Shown here piece after piece: positions 48,572 to 57,837 of a stretch of 64,000 bases of DNA. Position numbers and translations under genes: made by a program. Location: sequence record DRR378314_1069; one strand, 5' to 3'. Below the pieces are notes generated by a model, which worked only from the letters and a program-made list of their open reading frames with translations, searched no databases and was not told the origin of the DNA. How positions within the stretch are numbered: the stretch's first letter is position 1; each line of letters starts with the position of its first letter.

Positions 48572-49879
48572 ATGCGCATTACAATGGTCGGTACCGGATA
48601 TGTAGGATTAGTTTCCGGCACCTGTTTTTCTGAATTTGGTCACGAAGTCATTTGTGTTGATAAGGACCAAACAAAAATCGATAAATTAAATGCTGGCGAA
48701 ATTCCGATTTTCGAACCCGGTCTTGATATTCTTGTTGGCAAAAACACCAAAGCTGGACGGCTTTCTTTTCAAACTGATTTGAAAAGCGCTGTTGAAACCG
48801 CTGATGCGGTTTTCATTGGTGTCGGAACACCAAGCCGCCGTGGGGATGGCCAGGCTGATCTGACATTTGTTTTCCAAGCCGCCAAGGAGATTGGAGAAGC
48901 AATCAAAGACTACACGGTCGTTGTCAATAAATCCACGGTCCCGGTTGGTACCGGAAGAAAAGTCGCAGAAATCCTTGCAGAAACTTGTGAAGGTGACCTG
49001 TTTGACGTGGTCTCCAATCCTGAATTCCTTCGTGAAGGAGCTGCGATTGAAGATTTCATGAGGCCAGATCGGGTTGTTGTGGGTGCGGAAACGGACCGAT
49101 CCCGAAAAGTAATGGATGCAATCTATCGACCTTTATCCCTCATACAGACCCCAATTCTCTTTACATCCTTGGAAAGCTCGGAACTGACGAAATATGCAGG
49201 CAACGCATTCCTGGCGACTAAGATCACCTTTATTAACGAGATTGCGGATTTATGTGAAAAAGTGGGTGCTGACGTTCATTCTGTCGCCAAGGGAATTGGT
49301 CTTGACGGGAGAATTGGCGGAAAATTCCTCCATGCAGGACCCGGTTTCGGCGGATCCTGTTTCCCAAAAGATACCCGAGCTCTCTATCAGTCCTCAATGG
49401 AGTTTGACGCACCTATTAAACTGGTCGAAACGGTGATCAACGTCAACGAAAGCCGTAAACTTAAAATGGCAGATAAAGTTATCAAAGCCTGCGGCGGATC
49501 CATCAAAGATAAAAAAATTGCTGTGCTGGGTCTGACGTTCAAACCGAATACGGACGACATGCGCGAAAGCCCCAGTCTGGATATTATTCCAGCACTGATC
49601 AAACAAGGTGCAAAAATCCATGCTTATGATCCTGAAGGCATGAAAGAGGCCAAGCCCCTTATGCCGGACGTTAATTTCTGCGAAGACGCCTATGCACCTT
49701 TGGACCAAGCGGACGCCGTGGTGATTATCACTGAGTGGAACGAGTTCCGTGCCCTTGATCTGGACCGCATCAAGTCCCTGATGAAAGCGCCGGTCATGAT
49801 TGATCTTCGAAATATTTACGAGCCAACAGAAATGAAAGCGCTAGGCTTTAACTATACATGCGTAGGTCGACAAATATAA
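48572..49879 (+). CDS. ugd: UDP-glucose 6-dehydrogenase
   Basis: GTGYVG, NPEFLREG, GFGGSCFPKD and FKPNTDDMR motifs. Confidence 0.95.
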   Translation: MRITMVGTGYVGLVSGTCFSEFGHEVICVDKDQTKIDKLNAGEIPIFEPGLDILVGKNTKAGRLSFQTDLKSAVETADAVFIGVGTPSRRGDGQADLTFVFQAAKEIGEAIKDYTVVVNKSTVPVGTGRKVAEILAETCEGDLFDVVSNPEFLREGAAIEDFMRPDRVVVGAETDRSRKVMDAIYRPLSLIQTPILFTSLESSELTKYAGNAFLATKITFINEIADLCEKVGADVHSVAKGIGLDGRIGGKFLHAGPGFGGSCFPKDTRALYQSSMEFDAPIKLVETVINVNESRKLKMADKVIKACGGSIKDKKIAVLGLTFKPNTDDMRESPSLDIIPALIKQGAKIHAYDPEGMKEAKPLMPDVNFCEDAYAPLDQADAVVIITEWNEFRALDLDRIKSLMKAPVMIDLRNIYEPTEMKALGFNYTCVGRQI

Positions 49880-49901
49880 TCCTTGGAAATAGAGACTGAC
49901 A

Positions 49902-51287
49902 ATGGCCCTAAACTCACATGATTTTCACCCCTCAGTGCTGAGAGAATATGATATTCGTGGCATTATAGAGGAAACACTCTACCCCGTTGACGCTGAAGCC
50001 ATCGGACAGGCTTTTGGAAGTCTGATGATCGAGAACGGAGATGACACTGTTACAGTTGGCTATGATGGCCGCAGTACGTCCCCAGAACTGGAAAAAGAGC
50101 TCATAAAAGGCCTAATTTCCACTGGCGTCAACGTCATCCGGGTTGGTATGGGGCCGAGCCCCATGCTTTATTTTTCAACCTATGAGTTGAACACCGGTAA
50201 CGGGATCATGATTACTGGATCGCATAATCCACCATCTCACAACGGCTTCAAAATGATCTTGGGCAAAAAACCCTTCTATGGTGAAGCCATCCAAACCCTC
50301 GGCAAGCGATGCGCAGCGGGTAATTTTAAATCGGGAAACGGTTCAGTTTCTGAAGAGCCGATGCTCGATCGATATGTAAACCGTATCCTTGCGGATTATA
50401 AATATAAATCTGATCTGGTCGTTGTTTGGGATTGTGGAAACGGTGTAACCGGAGAGGCCATGCGCAAAGTTGCAAAAGACCTTCCGGGACGGCATGTGCT
50501 TCTTTACGATGAGATCGATAGTAGTTTTCCAAACCATCACCCCGATCCAACGGTCGCTGACAACCTGCAAGATCTGATCCGGACAGTCAAAGGTGTGGAT
50601 GCGGATCTTGGGATTGCTTTTGATGGAGATGGGGACCGCATTGGTGTTGTGGATAGCCGAGGCAATATTATTTGGGGCGACCAGCTTCTCGCCATCCTGT
50701 CCCGTGAAATTCTAAAGAAGACGCCAGGAGCGTCGATTATCGCTGATGTAAAAGCGAGTAAACTTCTTTTTGATGAGATTGGCAATCTGGGCGGCAACCC
50801 GGTAATGTGGAAGACGGGCCACTCCCTGATCAAAATCAAAATGGCTGAACTCGCCTCCCCCCTGGCTGGTGAGATGAGTGGTCATATTTTCTTTAATGAT
50901 CATTTCTATGGTTATGATGATGCGATTTATGTCGGGCTGCGGCTCCTTAATCTGCTCGGTCAGGAAGATCATACCTTGGATGAGCTTTTTGACAGATTAC
51001 CGACAGCGTTCAACACACCAGAACTTCGCTTTGATTGTCCAGATGATGAAAAATTTAAAGCCGTTGAACGCATTCAAGCGCAATTGCGTCAGAAGGACGC
51101 CGACTTCTCTGATGTGGATGGGGTTCGGGTCAACATACATGGCGGCTGGTGGCTGTTGAGAGCGTCCAACACACAAGCCGTTCTCGTCGCAAGATGTGAA
51201 GCGCTAAGCGATACCGATCTTGAGAAGGTCAAACGTCATATGCGAGAGAATTTGCTAGAAGCCGGCATAGAAATGCCCGCCATATGA
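49902..51287 (+). CDS. Phosphomannomutase/phosphoglucomutase
   Basis: YDIRG, TGSHNP, FDGDGDR, GEMSGH and RASNT motifs. Confidence 0.95.
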   Translation: MALNSHDFHPSVLREYDIRGIIEETLYPVDAEAIGQAFGSLMIENGDDTVTVGYDGRSTSPELEKELIKGLISTGVNVIRVGMGPSPMLYFSTYELNTGNGIMITGSHNPPSHNGFKMILGKKPFYGEAIQTLGKRCAAGNFKSGNGSVSEEPMLDRYVNRILADYKYKSDLVVVWDCGNGVTGEAMRKVAKDLPGRHVLLYDEIDSSFPNHHPDPTVADNLQDLIRTVKGVDADLGIAFDGDGDRIGVVDSRGNIIWGDQLLAILSREILKKTPGASIIADVKASKLLFDEIGNLGGNPVMWKTGHSLIKIKMAELASPLAGEMSGHIFFNDHFYGYDDAIYVGLRLLNLLGQEDHTLDELFDRLPTAFNTPELRFDCPDDEKFKAVERIQAQLRQKDADFSDVDGVRVNIHGGWWLLRASNTQAVLVARCEALSDTDLEKVKRHMRENLLEAGIEMPAI

Positions 51288-51307
51288 GACGAAGCGGTTA
51301 AACTCTA

Positions 51308-51340
51308 AAAAAGACGCTCAGCAAAAGCGCCTTTTTTATT
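51308..51340. terminator. Bidirectional terminator
   Basis: AAAAAGACGCT-CAGCAAA-AGCGCCTTTTTT lies between convergent genes. Confidence 0.65.
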
Positions 51341-51349
51341 TCAGCTTCT

Positions 51350-51715
51350 TTAACTGACTTTGCCTTTTTTCAGCAACGGGATGCCCATCCAGGACTCGCC
51401 TGAGGCCATAACACAAGTTGCACCATTTGGTTGTGTTAAGACAATTGTCCAAGTGACACCATCAGGGCTTGTGAAGACTTCCAGGACGCTTCCATTGGCT
51501 GCTAATCCTGCTGCTACCGGCGCTTCCTGAAATTTGCCGTCCAAGTGTTTTACAAGTGCACCACGTTTAAAACAGGCATTTTGAGCGCTTGCCTCTGTCA
51601 CTTGAAATGAAACCATCATAGCTGCAAATACTAGCACTGAAAGCCCAATAGAAATGACAGAGCGCATGCGTAGACCTTCAATCGCGGCTTCGTAATGTTT
51701 GAAAAATTTAAACAT
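51350..51715 (-). CDS. Small exported hypothetical protein with two Cys
   Basis: Strong AAGGAGGAG Shine-Dalgarno, signal-like segment ending ASA-Q, and C...EVF...TWT...C..ASGE.W pattern. Confidence 0.75.
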   Translation of the reverse strand: MFKFFKHYEAAIEGLRMRSVISIGLSVLVFAAMMVSFQVTEASAQNACFKRGALVKHLDGKFQEAPVAAGLAANGSVLEVFTSPDGVTWTIVLTQPNGATCVMASGESWMGIPLLKKGKVS

Positions 51716-52017
51716 ACGCTCCTCCTTTTACATTGAAACTGCCGAAAGGATATTGGATGTGACCCACCTTTTCGGCCTCTTTAACTCTTACAATGTATAC
51801 GCAGAAAACGTTAATATAAGTTATACGGGTTAAGGTTTGTGGCCAAATTGTGGTAAAATTTATGCGATCAATGATCTATATAATTGATTCTATTATTCTT
51901 TTTAATTTGAAAAAAATTTCCAACAATAGTCGCCGCAGCTTCTGTGAGTTGCAATTAACGGACACCGAGGTTGTTATCCGTTAATTTGAGTTTGTCACCT
52001 ATTTATATTGTGTTGGT

Positions 52018-52890
52018 TTATATTTCGTCGATTTTTTCTTCAAGCCCGGGAAGTTGCAAGGCTTTAATCAGGTTGCGAATTTCCTGACGGGCGGCAACAT
52101 GGCTCATGGACATTTTAACCCCAACCCCTTTGCGTTTGAGGTCCAAAACGGTCAAGCCTTTGAGGAAGAGTTCGCGAAAGATAACTCGTTCACCAAATCC
52201 TGGCGCTGCTCGAAACGAGATACGTGTAGCCAGTTTTTCCAAGATCTGTTCAATATTCCGCTTATTATGTGCATCGGTATGGGATAACCGATTCCGCATC
52301 ACCACCCAGTCAATCTGATGTTTATCAATCAATGCCCGGCGCTTGCGTTGCTCCCAAACCATCTCGCTATACCAACTGGGGCGCTCCACGTCATATGTCC
52401 GCTCATTGACCTTGGCCAATAAGTCCAAATCAATGAAACTATCGTTCATAGGGGTTAGCAGTGTATCTGCAAACGAGTGGCCTAGCTTGGCAATAAAGCT
52501 ATCAGCTCCAGGACAGTCGACCACGACAAAATCGTTACCATAGACCTGCTCCTGCAAAGCGGAGACAAAACGCGCACGTTCATCACTTTGCGCCTCATCC
52601 ATGTTTTTCTTAGGACTTGGCTCGATCACCGTCAGCGATGGCATGGGAAGCTTTAGGTTCTTATTATCAACAAAATCCTGGCGATTTTCGATATATCTGC
52701 CGAGTGTTTTTTGCTTACCGTCCAGATCGATTGCGCCAACCCGGAAACCCAGTGTCAGAAGAGAAACAATGACATGCATGGCAGTTGTTGACTTGCCGGA
52801 TCCACCTTTTGCATTTCCAATGACAATAATATGCGCACGAGCTGTTTGCGCATCACTGGCTGGTTTTGTCTCCTCAACTGTAAGCGTCAC
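52018..52890 (-). CDS. mipZ: Division-plane positioning ATPase MipZ
   Basis: Deviant Walker A KGGSGKST, TPMNDSFID.D, WVVMRNRL, ERVIFRELF..GLT and HVAARQE motifs. Confidence 0.95.
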   Translation of the reverse strand: MTLTVEETKPASDAQTARAHIIVIGNAKGGSGKSTTAMHVIVSLLTLGFRVGAIDLDGKQKTLGRYIENRQDFVDNKNLKLPMPSLTVIEPSPKKNMDEAQSDERARFVSALQEQVYGNDFVVVDCPGADSFIAKLGHSFADTLLTPMNDSFIDLDLLAKVNERTYDVERPSWYSEMVWEQRKRRALIDKHQIDWVVMRNRLSHTDAHNKRNIEQILEKLATRISFRAAPGFGERVIFRELFLKGLTVLDLKRKGVGVKMSMSHVAARQEIRNLIKALQLPGLEEKIDEI

Positions 52891-52954
52891 TTTTCACTCC
52901 ACATTTCGGCAACCCATCGCCCAATATTTCGGAACCTGTTGATCATCTGAAACA

Positions 52955-53043
52955 GGATTACCGCAGCAAATCCTATCTGACAAGACTCATCTTACACGAC
53001 AACATGTTGTGGTCATATTAAACTAAATACAAATATATTGAAA
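52955..53043 (-). promoter_or_regulatory. Putative mipZ promoters with a GANTC site and tandem NrdR-like boxes
   Basis: P1 is TTGTCA(52983)-N17-TAATCC with GAGTC just upstream; P2 is TTTCAA(53043)-N17-TAATAT. Boxes CAACATGTTG (53000) and AAATATATTG (53031) are 31 bp apart. Confidence 0.5.
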
Positions 53044-53610
53044 AAGTTGAGTAGATCGGGCCTTTACTCGCAAGGGTATGGAGCGGAGTTATTTCGGCGA
53101 AGGTTCGGCAAAAATCATCCACTCATGGACAACTAAATTAATTCTTCGGACAGAGCCGCGAAAGATCAGTTCATCATGATTTTCAACATGTGATTTAACA
53201 TCCCGGATTTCTGCGATTTTCTAGATATAACCATGATCTCCGCGCCAAACTCTAACTGTTAACAATAGAGACAATATGAAATCATTTCCAACTCAGTCAC
53301 GGCCGAAAACATCTGCCAACCACTTCTGAATTCTATTTTTTCAGTCACCAAAAATCACCTGATAACCGATCGGGGTTTTTTCCTGACATCTACCACAAGA
53401 AGTCGCCGACCTTTCTATGGTTGGTCTCTTTTGATGAATTTTCGGCCTCGTTTTTGCGAATCTCTAAAGAAAATATTGACCTAAATATTAAATTTAACCG
53501 GTTAAAAATTTAGGTATGGAGACGCGATTTTAAATTGTTTCCAATTATCGGACCCCCTATACAAGAAATCAAGACTAACCCTTTAAACAGACAACCTGAC
53601 CTCAGTTTTC

Positions 53611-54711
53611 ATGATCGATAAAATTGATACAGTTATTGTGGGTGCCGGTGTTATCGGACTTGCGATCGCCCGACATTTCGCCAGAGAGGGGCATGAAGTC
53701 CTTGTTATTGAAAAAAACGCCATATTTGGCGAAGAAACCTCTTCCCGAAACTCCGAAGTCATTCATGCCGGTATATACTATCAGAAGAACAGTCTAAAAG
53801 CCCGCTTATGCGTCGAAGGCAAAAAACAGCTATATCAGTATGCAAAATCTCGTCACATTCCCCATAAAAATACAGGGAAACTTATTGTTGCCGCCACTCA
53901 GCAGGAGCTGGAAACCTTAAAGTCTATAAGAAACAAGGCTGAAGACAATGGCGTTACGGATCTGCAGTTCCTCTCTAAAGCACATGTGAAAGAATTGGAA
54001 CCAGCACTTCAATGTACGGGCGCGCTGTTATCTCCATCGACGGGAATCATTGATACGCACCAGTATATGCTCTCCTTGGTGGGAGAGCTGGAAATGAACG
54101 GTGGTTTCATTGCCTATAACACTCGTCTTCAAAACGTGAAAATTCAGAGTGACCGTTTTCACCTCATCATGGCGGATGGAACCCAAATTGCCTGCAATCG
54201 GCTTGTGAACGCAGCAGGATTAGGCTCGCAAGATGTCTCTCACGCGATTGATCGAGTAGATAATGCATTCATCCCGGCCCGGCACCTGACCAAGGGTAAT
54301 TACTTTACCATGTCACGCCCGAGCCCATTTCAGCGCTTGATCTACCCGGTTCCCAATACGGCAAGTCTTGGCGTGCATGTTACATTGGATCTGGCTGGCC
54401 AAATTCGATTTGGCCCGGACCAGGAATGGGTGACGTCCTTAGACTACCGGGTTGACCCTAATCGATCTGACAGCTTTTACGCGGCTATCCGTCAATACTA
54501 TCCGGACTTACCGGACGGAAGCCTGACCCCGGCCTATTCAGGAATTAGACCCAAGATTCAAGGCCCTGGCGATCCCATGCAAGATTTTTGCATTCTGGGG
54601 CCCGCTCACCATCAAATCCCCAGGCTCGCACTGCTATACGGCATGGAAAGCCCTGGACTAACCTCCAGCCTAGCCATTGCACACCATGTTTTTGCACTTT
54701 TTGAAGACTAA
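53611..54711 (+). CDS. FAD-dependent oxidoreductase, L-2-hydroxyglutarate oxidase (LhgO) family
   Basis: GAGVIG, TSSRNSEVIHAGIYY, LGVH.T and ESPGLTSS motifs. Confidence 0.88.
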   Translation: MIDKIDTVIVGAGVIGLAIARHFAREGHEVLVIEKNAIFGEETSSRNSEVIHAGIYYQKNSLKARLCVEGKKQLYQYAKSRHIPHKNTGKLIVAATQQELETLKSIRNKAEDNGVTDLQFLSKAHVKELEPALQCTGALLSPSTGIIDTHQYMLSLVGELEMNGGFIAYNTRLQNVKIQSDRFHLIMADGTQIACNRLVNAAGLGSQDVSHAIDRVDNAFIPARHLTKGNYFTMSRPSPFQRLIYPVPNTASLGVHVTLDLAGQIRFGPDQEWVTSLDYRVDPNRSDSFYAAIRQYYPDLPDGSLTPAYSGIRPKIQGPGDPMQDFCILGPAHHQIPRLALLYGMESPGLTSSLAIAHHVFALFED

Positions 54712-54912
54712 ATTGAATCTCCAAAACGATCCAAAGAGCTATACCGTCAACAATCTCATCGAAAAAAGTTGCTTAACTCCTGTGCTGTTGGTCACCTTAT
54801 TTCGGATATTTATCATATTCTGAAAGGATAATGCGAATTTCGGAATTCGCCTCCAAAACAGTTGCTTTTTCTCTGGAATGCGAAAGATCCTAAAGAGAGC
54901 GGAGGTATTTTC

Positions 54913-55965
54913 ATGACAATTTTTAACAATTCGGAATTCGATAATCACGAAACCGTTCTTTTTTTTAACGACCCCAAATCGGGTTTAAAAGCGATCATTG
55001 CCATCCATGATACGACACTCGGACCTGCGCTTGGCGGAACGCGAATGTGGGATTATCAAAGCGAGGAAGAGGCGATCACGGATGTCCTTCGCCTCTCAAG
55101 AGGAATGACCTTCAAATCATCCTTAGCTGGCTTGAATCTTGGCGGGGGTAAATCGGTGATTATCGGCGATGCGAAAACCCAAAAATCACCCGAGCTTTTT
55201 CGCGCCTTTGGAGACGCTGTTGATCGGCTGAATGGCCATTACGCGGCAGCAGAGGATGTGGGAACATCAGTCGCAGACCTGGAATATGCTCGTCAGTCGA
55301 CACCAAATATCGCGGGTATTTCTGAAGGCGGTGCTGGCGATCCATCTCCGGCAACATCTTGGGGTGTTTTTAATGGTTTGCTGGCCGCTGCAAAATATGG
55401 CCTGAAAGTTGAAAATTTAGACGGCCTGACAATCGGAGTGCAGGGTCTTGGAAATGTTGGATATGGTCTTTGCCAGTATCTAAAGGATGCTGGTGCAAAA
55501 TTGATCGTATCTGATATCTACGATCAAACCGTTCAAAGAGCGGTGACAGAATTGGGTGCAACCCCTGTAAAACCAGATGAGATCATACATCAGGAAATGG
55601 ATATTTTTGCACCTTGCGCTTTAGGTGCAGTGTTGAATGATCAAACAATTCCGAAGCTAAATACAAAGATCGTCGCCGGGGCAGCCAATAACCAACTGGA
55701 AGAAGATAGACATGGTCAGCAACTGAGAAACAGGGAAATTCTGTATGCACCTGACTATGCTATCAATGCAGGAGGAATTATCCTGATCAGTCATGAAGGT
55801 CCTGATTTCAACCGCGATAAAGCGATGCAGCAAGTAGCCGGAATTCATGACACGCTGCTGAATATTTTCGTGCGGGCGGATCGGGAGAATAGACCAACTC
55901 ACGAAATTGCCGACCAAATGGCGCGAGAACGAATTGAGAGTGCACGCCTCAAAATGGCGAGCTGA
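54913..55965 (+). CDS. Leu/Phe/Val dehydrogenase (leucine dehydrogenase-like)
   Basis: GPALGGTR, MTFK, LGGGK, AEDVGT and GAANNQL motifs; GGAGGT Shine-Dalgarno before ATG 54913. Confidence 0.92.
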   Translation: MTIFNNSEFDNHETVLFFNDPKSGLKAIIAIHDTTLGPALGGTRMWDYQSEEEAITDVLRLSRGMTFKSSLAGLNLGGGKSVIIGDAKTQKSPELFRAFGDAVDRLNGHYAAAEDVGTSVADLEYARQSTPNIAGISEGGAGDPSPATSWGVFNGLLAAAKYGLKVENLDGLTIGVQGLGNVGYGLCQYLKDAGAKLIVSDIYDQTVQRAVTELGATPVKPDEIIHQEMDIFAPCALGAVLNDQTIPKLNTKIVAGAANNQLEEDRHGQQLRNREILYAPDYAINAGGIILISHEGPDFNRDKAMQQVAGIHDTLLNIFVRADRENRPTHEIADQMARERIESARLKMAS

Positions 55966-55976
55966 AATGAAAACCG

Positions 55977-56861
55977 TTAGCCCCAGCGATTGTGAACCCA
56001 GAACCAGTGATCCGGTTTTTCACGGATCCAGCTCTCGTAAATCTGATTAATTGTCGTAAGAAAACTGACGACATTTTCCTCTGCACTTCCCTCTGTCGGA
56101 GCGTAAATGGCGTCATAAAATTCAACACGAATTTGACCATTTCCAATTCGCTCGGCCTTGACGGGATATACCGGCAGTCCAGATCGGCAGGCGATATCAG
56201 CGATAGCTGTCGCGGTCATTGCGTCTTTGCCAAAAAAAGGAATAGGCAGCCCATTATTCTGTTTTTGATCATTCAAAAGGGCAACCGGCTGGTTCTTCTT
56301 GAGGGCTTTTAGAATAGCTCTGGCGCCCGATTTTCCTTTGGCAATGAATTGGTAACCGACCCCTGCCCGTTCTTTTTGGATATAGGCTTCTACGAAGGGG
56401 TTATTTGCAGCCCGATACACAATACTGACATCAACATTGCTATAGTTGCAGGCTAAGGGAATTACCTCCCATGGGCCATAATGCGCGGTCACAAACAGAG
56501 CGGCTTTTCCGCTTGCCAAAAATTCCTCCAGATTGCGCTGACCTGCCAGCTCGACATCTTCGTTCGAAAAGCTGAAATCTTGCACAAAAGGCATTTCGGC
56601 GGCATTTCGGCCCAAATTTTCCCACATTCCTATCAAGATTTCAGATCGAGCTGTGTCTGACATCTCAGGAAATGCCAGCTCTAGATTGGCATTTGCGGTT
56701 CCATGGGATGACAAGCGTGGCCCTATCGTTTTTCCCAACCAGGCCCCGAAATTCGATGATTTTCGGCGACCGATAAGATTGAAAAATCCAAACAGTCCGC
56801 GCATCAGGATATATTCCAGCCAGTAGCGGATTTTTTTACCGAAGGTAATCTTTTTACGCAT
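55977..56861 (-). CDS. Lipid A late acyltransferase (LpxL/HtrB family)
   Basis: AHYGPWE, DQK, PFFG and WFWVHNRW motifs; last gene of the lipid A cluster. Confidence 0.88.
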   Translation of the reverse strand: MRKKITFGKKIRYWLEYILMRGLFGFFNLIGRRKSSNFGAWLGKTIGPRLSSHGTANANLELAFPEMSDTARSEILIGMWENLGRNAAEMPFVQDFSFSNEDVELAGQRNLEEFLASGKAALFVTAHYGPWEVIPLACNYSNVDVSIVYRAANNPFVEAYIQKERAGVGYQFIAKGKSGARAILKALKKNQPVALLNDQKQNNGLPIPFFGKDAMTATAIADIACRSGLPVYPVKAERIGNGQIRVEFYDAIYAPTEGSAEENVVSFLTTINQIYESWIREKPDHWFWVHNRWG

Positions 56862-57837
56862 GCTCTCGACTGCCTAGCCTCTCCAACAGTAATTTCTGCA
56901 ACAGGGCAGGCGTTTCAAAAACAAGATCGATGTCAAAGACTGTTGTCATCAACTTAGCTTCTGGGGAAAGCCGCACATAATCCTTGCGCGTTGTCACGAG
57001 CGCCGCATTATGGAGGGCAGCCCGTTCCACCAACCTCATAATATCCTGCTGTGTGTAAGAATGGTGGTCTGCAAATTCCACAGCTTCAACAACTTCAGCG
57101 CCTGCGTCACGAAGACTTTTAAAGAACTTCTCAGGTCGCCCGATACCGGCAAAGGCAATAACTTTTTCGCCAACCAGTTCAGCTTGAAGTTCATGCGGGA
57201 CAACACGCGCCTTAAAAAGCGGCAACTGACCAACATCAAGGGTCTGCTCCAAATCACCTTCGACCCAAACGGCTAAGTCCGCTTTTTTCAGCGCACTGGA
57301 AAACCGCTCTCTCAGTGGTCCAGAGGGCATGACCCAACCATTACCAATTCCGTAGCCCCCATCCAGAACCAACACAGTCACATCTTTATCCAATGATGGA
57401 TTTTGCATCCCATCATCCATCACGATAATGTCCGCTCCAGCTTTAATCGCCGTTTGCGCTCCCTCCGCTCGGTTTTTTGAAATCCAGGTGGGTGCAACCG
57501 CCGCCAACAGCAATGGCTCATCGCCGACATCAGCTGCGGTATGAACGTCCAGCACCACCCGCTCTGGCCCATGGAGCCTCCCACCATATCCGCGCGACAG
57601 AAAATGAACCTTCCAGCCAATCTGTTTTAGATATTCCGCGACAGCAATTGCAACAGGTGTCTTCCCGGCACCCCCAACAACGGCATTTCCAATGCACACA
57701 ACAGGGACAGACACCTTCTGAGGATGCTGGCCCGCATGCCGAATTCTGCCTGCAAATTCATACAAAAAACTGAGCGGGCCCAAAAGGGTCGGCCAGACAG
57801 ATTTGTGATTTGCGCTCCAGAACTTGGGTGCTTTCAC
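56854..57837 (-). CDS. lpxK: Tetraacyldisaccharide 4'-kinase
   Basis: GNAVVGGAGKTP, SRGYG, GDEP, DDGMQ, GPLRE and TTRKD motifs. Confidence 0.96.
   Translation of the reverse strand: MKAPKFWSANHKSVWPTLLGPLSFLYEFAGRIRHAGQHPQKVSVPVVCIGNAVVGGAGKTPVAIAVAEYLKQIGWKVHFLSRGYGGRLHGPERVVLDVHTAADVGDEPLLLAAVAPTWISKNRAEGAQTAIKAGADIIVMDDGMQNPSLDKDVTVLVLDGGYGIGNGWVMPSGPLRERFSSALKKADLAVWVEGDLEQTLDVGQLPLFKARVVPHELQAELVGEKVIAFAGIGRPEKFFKSLRDAGAEVVEAVEFADHHSYTQQDIMRLVERAALHNAALVTTRKDYVRLSPEAKLMTTVFDIDLVFETPALLQKLLLERLGSREHA

Noticed and set aside
53089..53400. Protein-looking minus-strand frame (KIAEIRDVKSHVENHDELIFRG...) as a pseudogene
   Set aside because: Several stops interrupt it and I recognise no family, so it cannot be supported without a homology search.
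52891..53610. Possible replication origin in the long gap beside mipZ
   Set aside because: There are no consensus DnaA boxes (only a weak TCATCCACT) and no typical origin-linked genes (hemE, dnaA, parAB) nearby.
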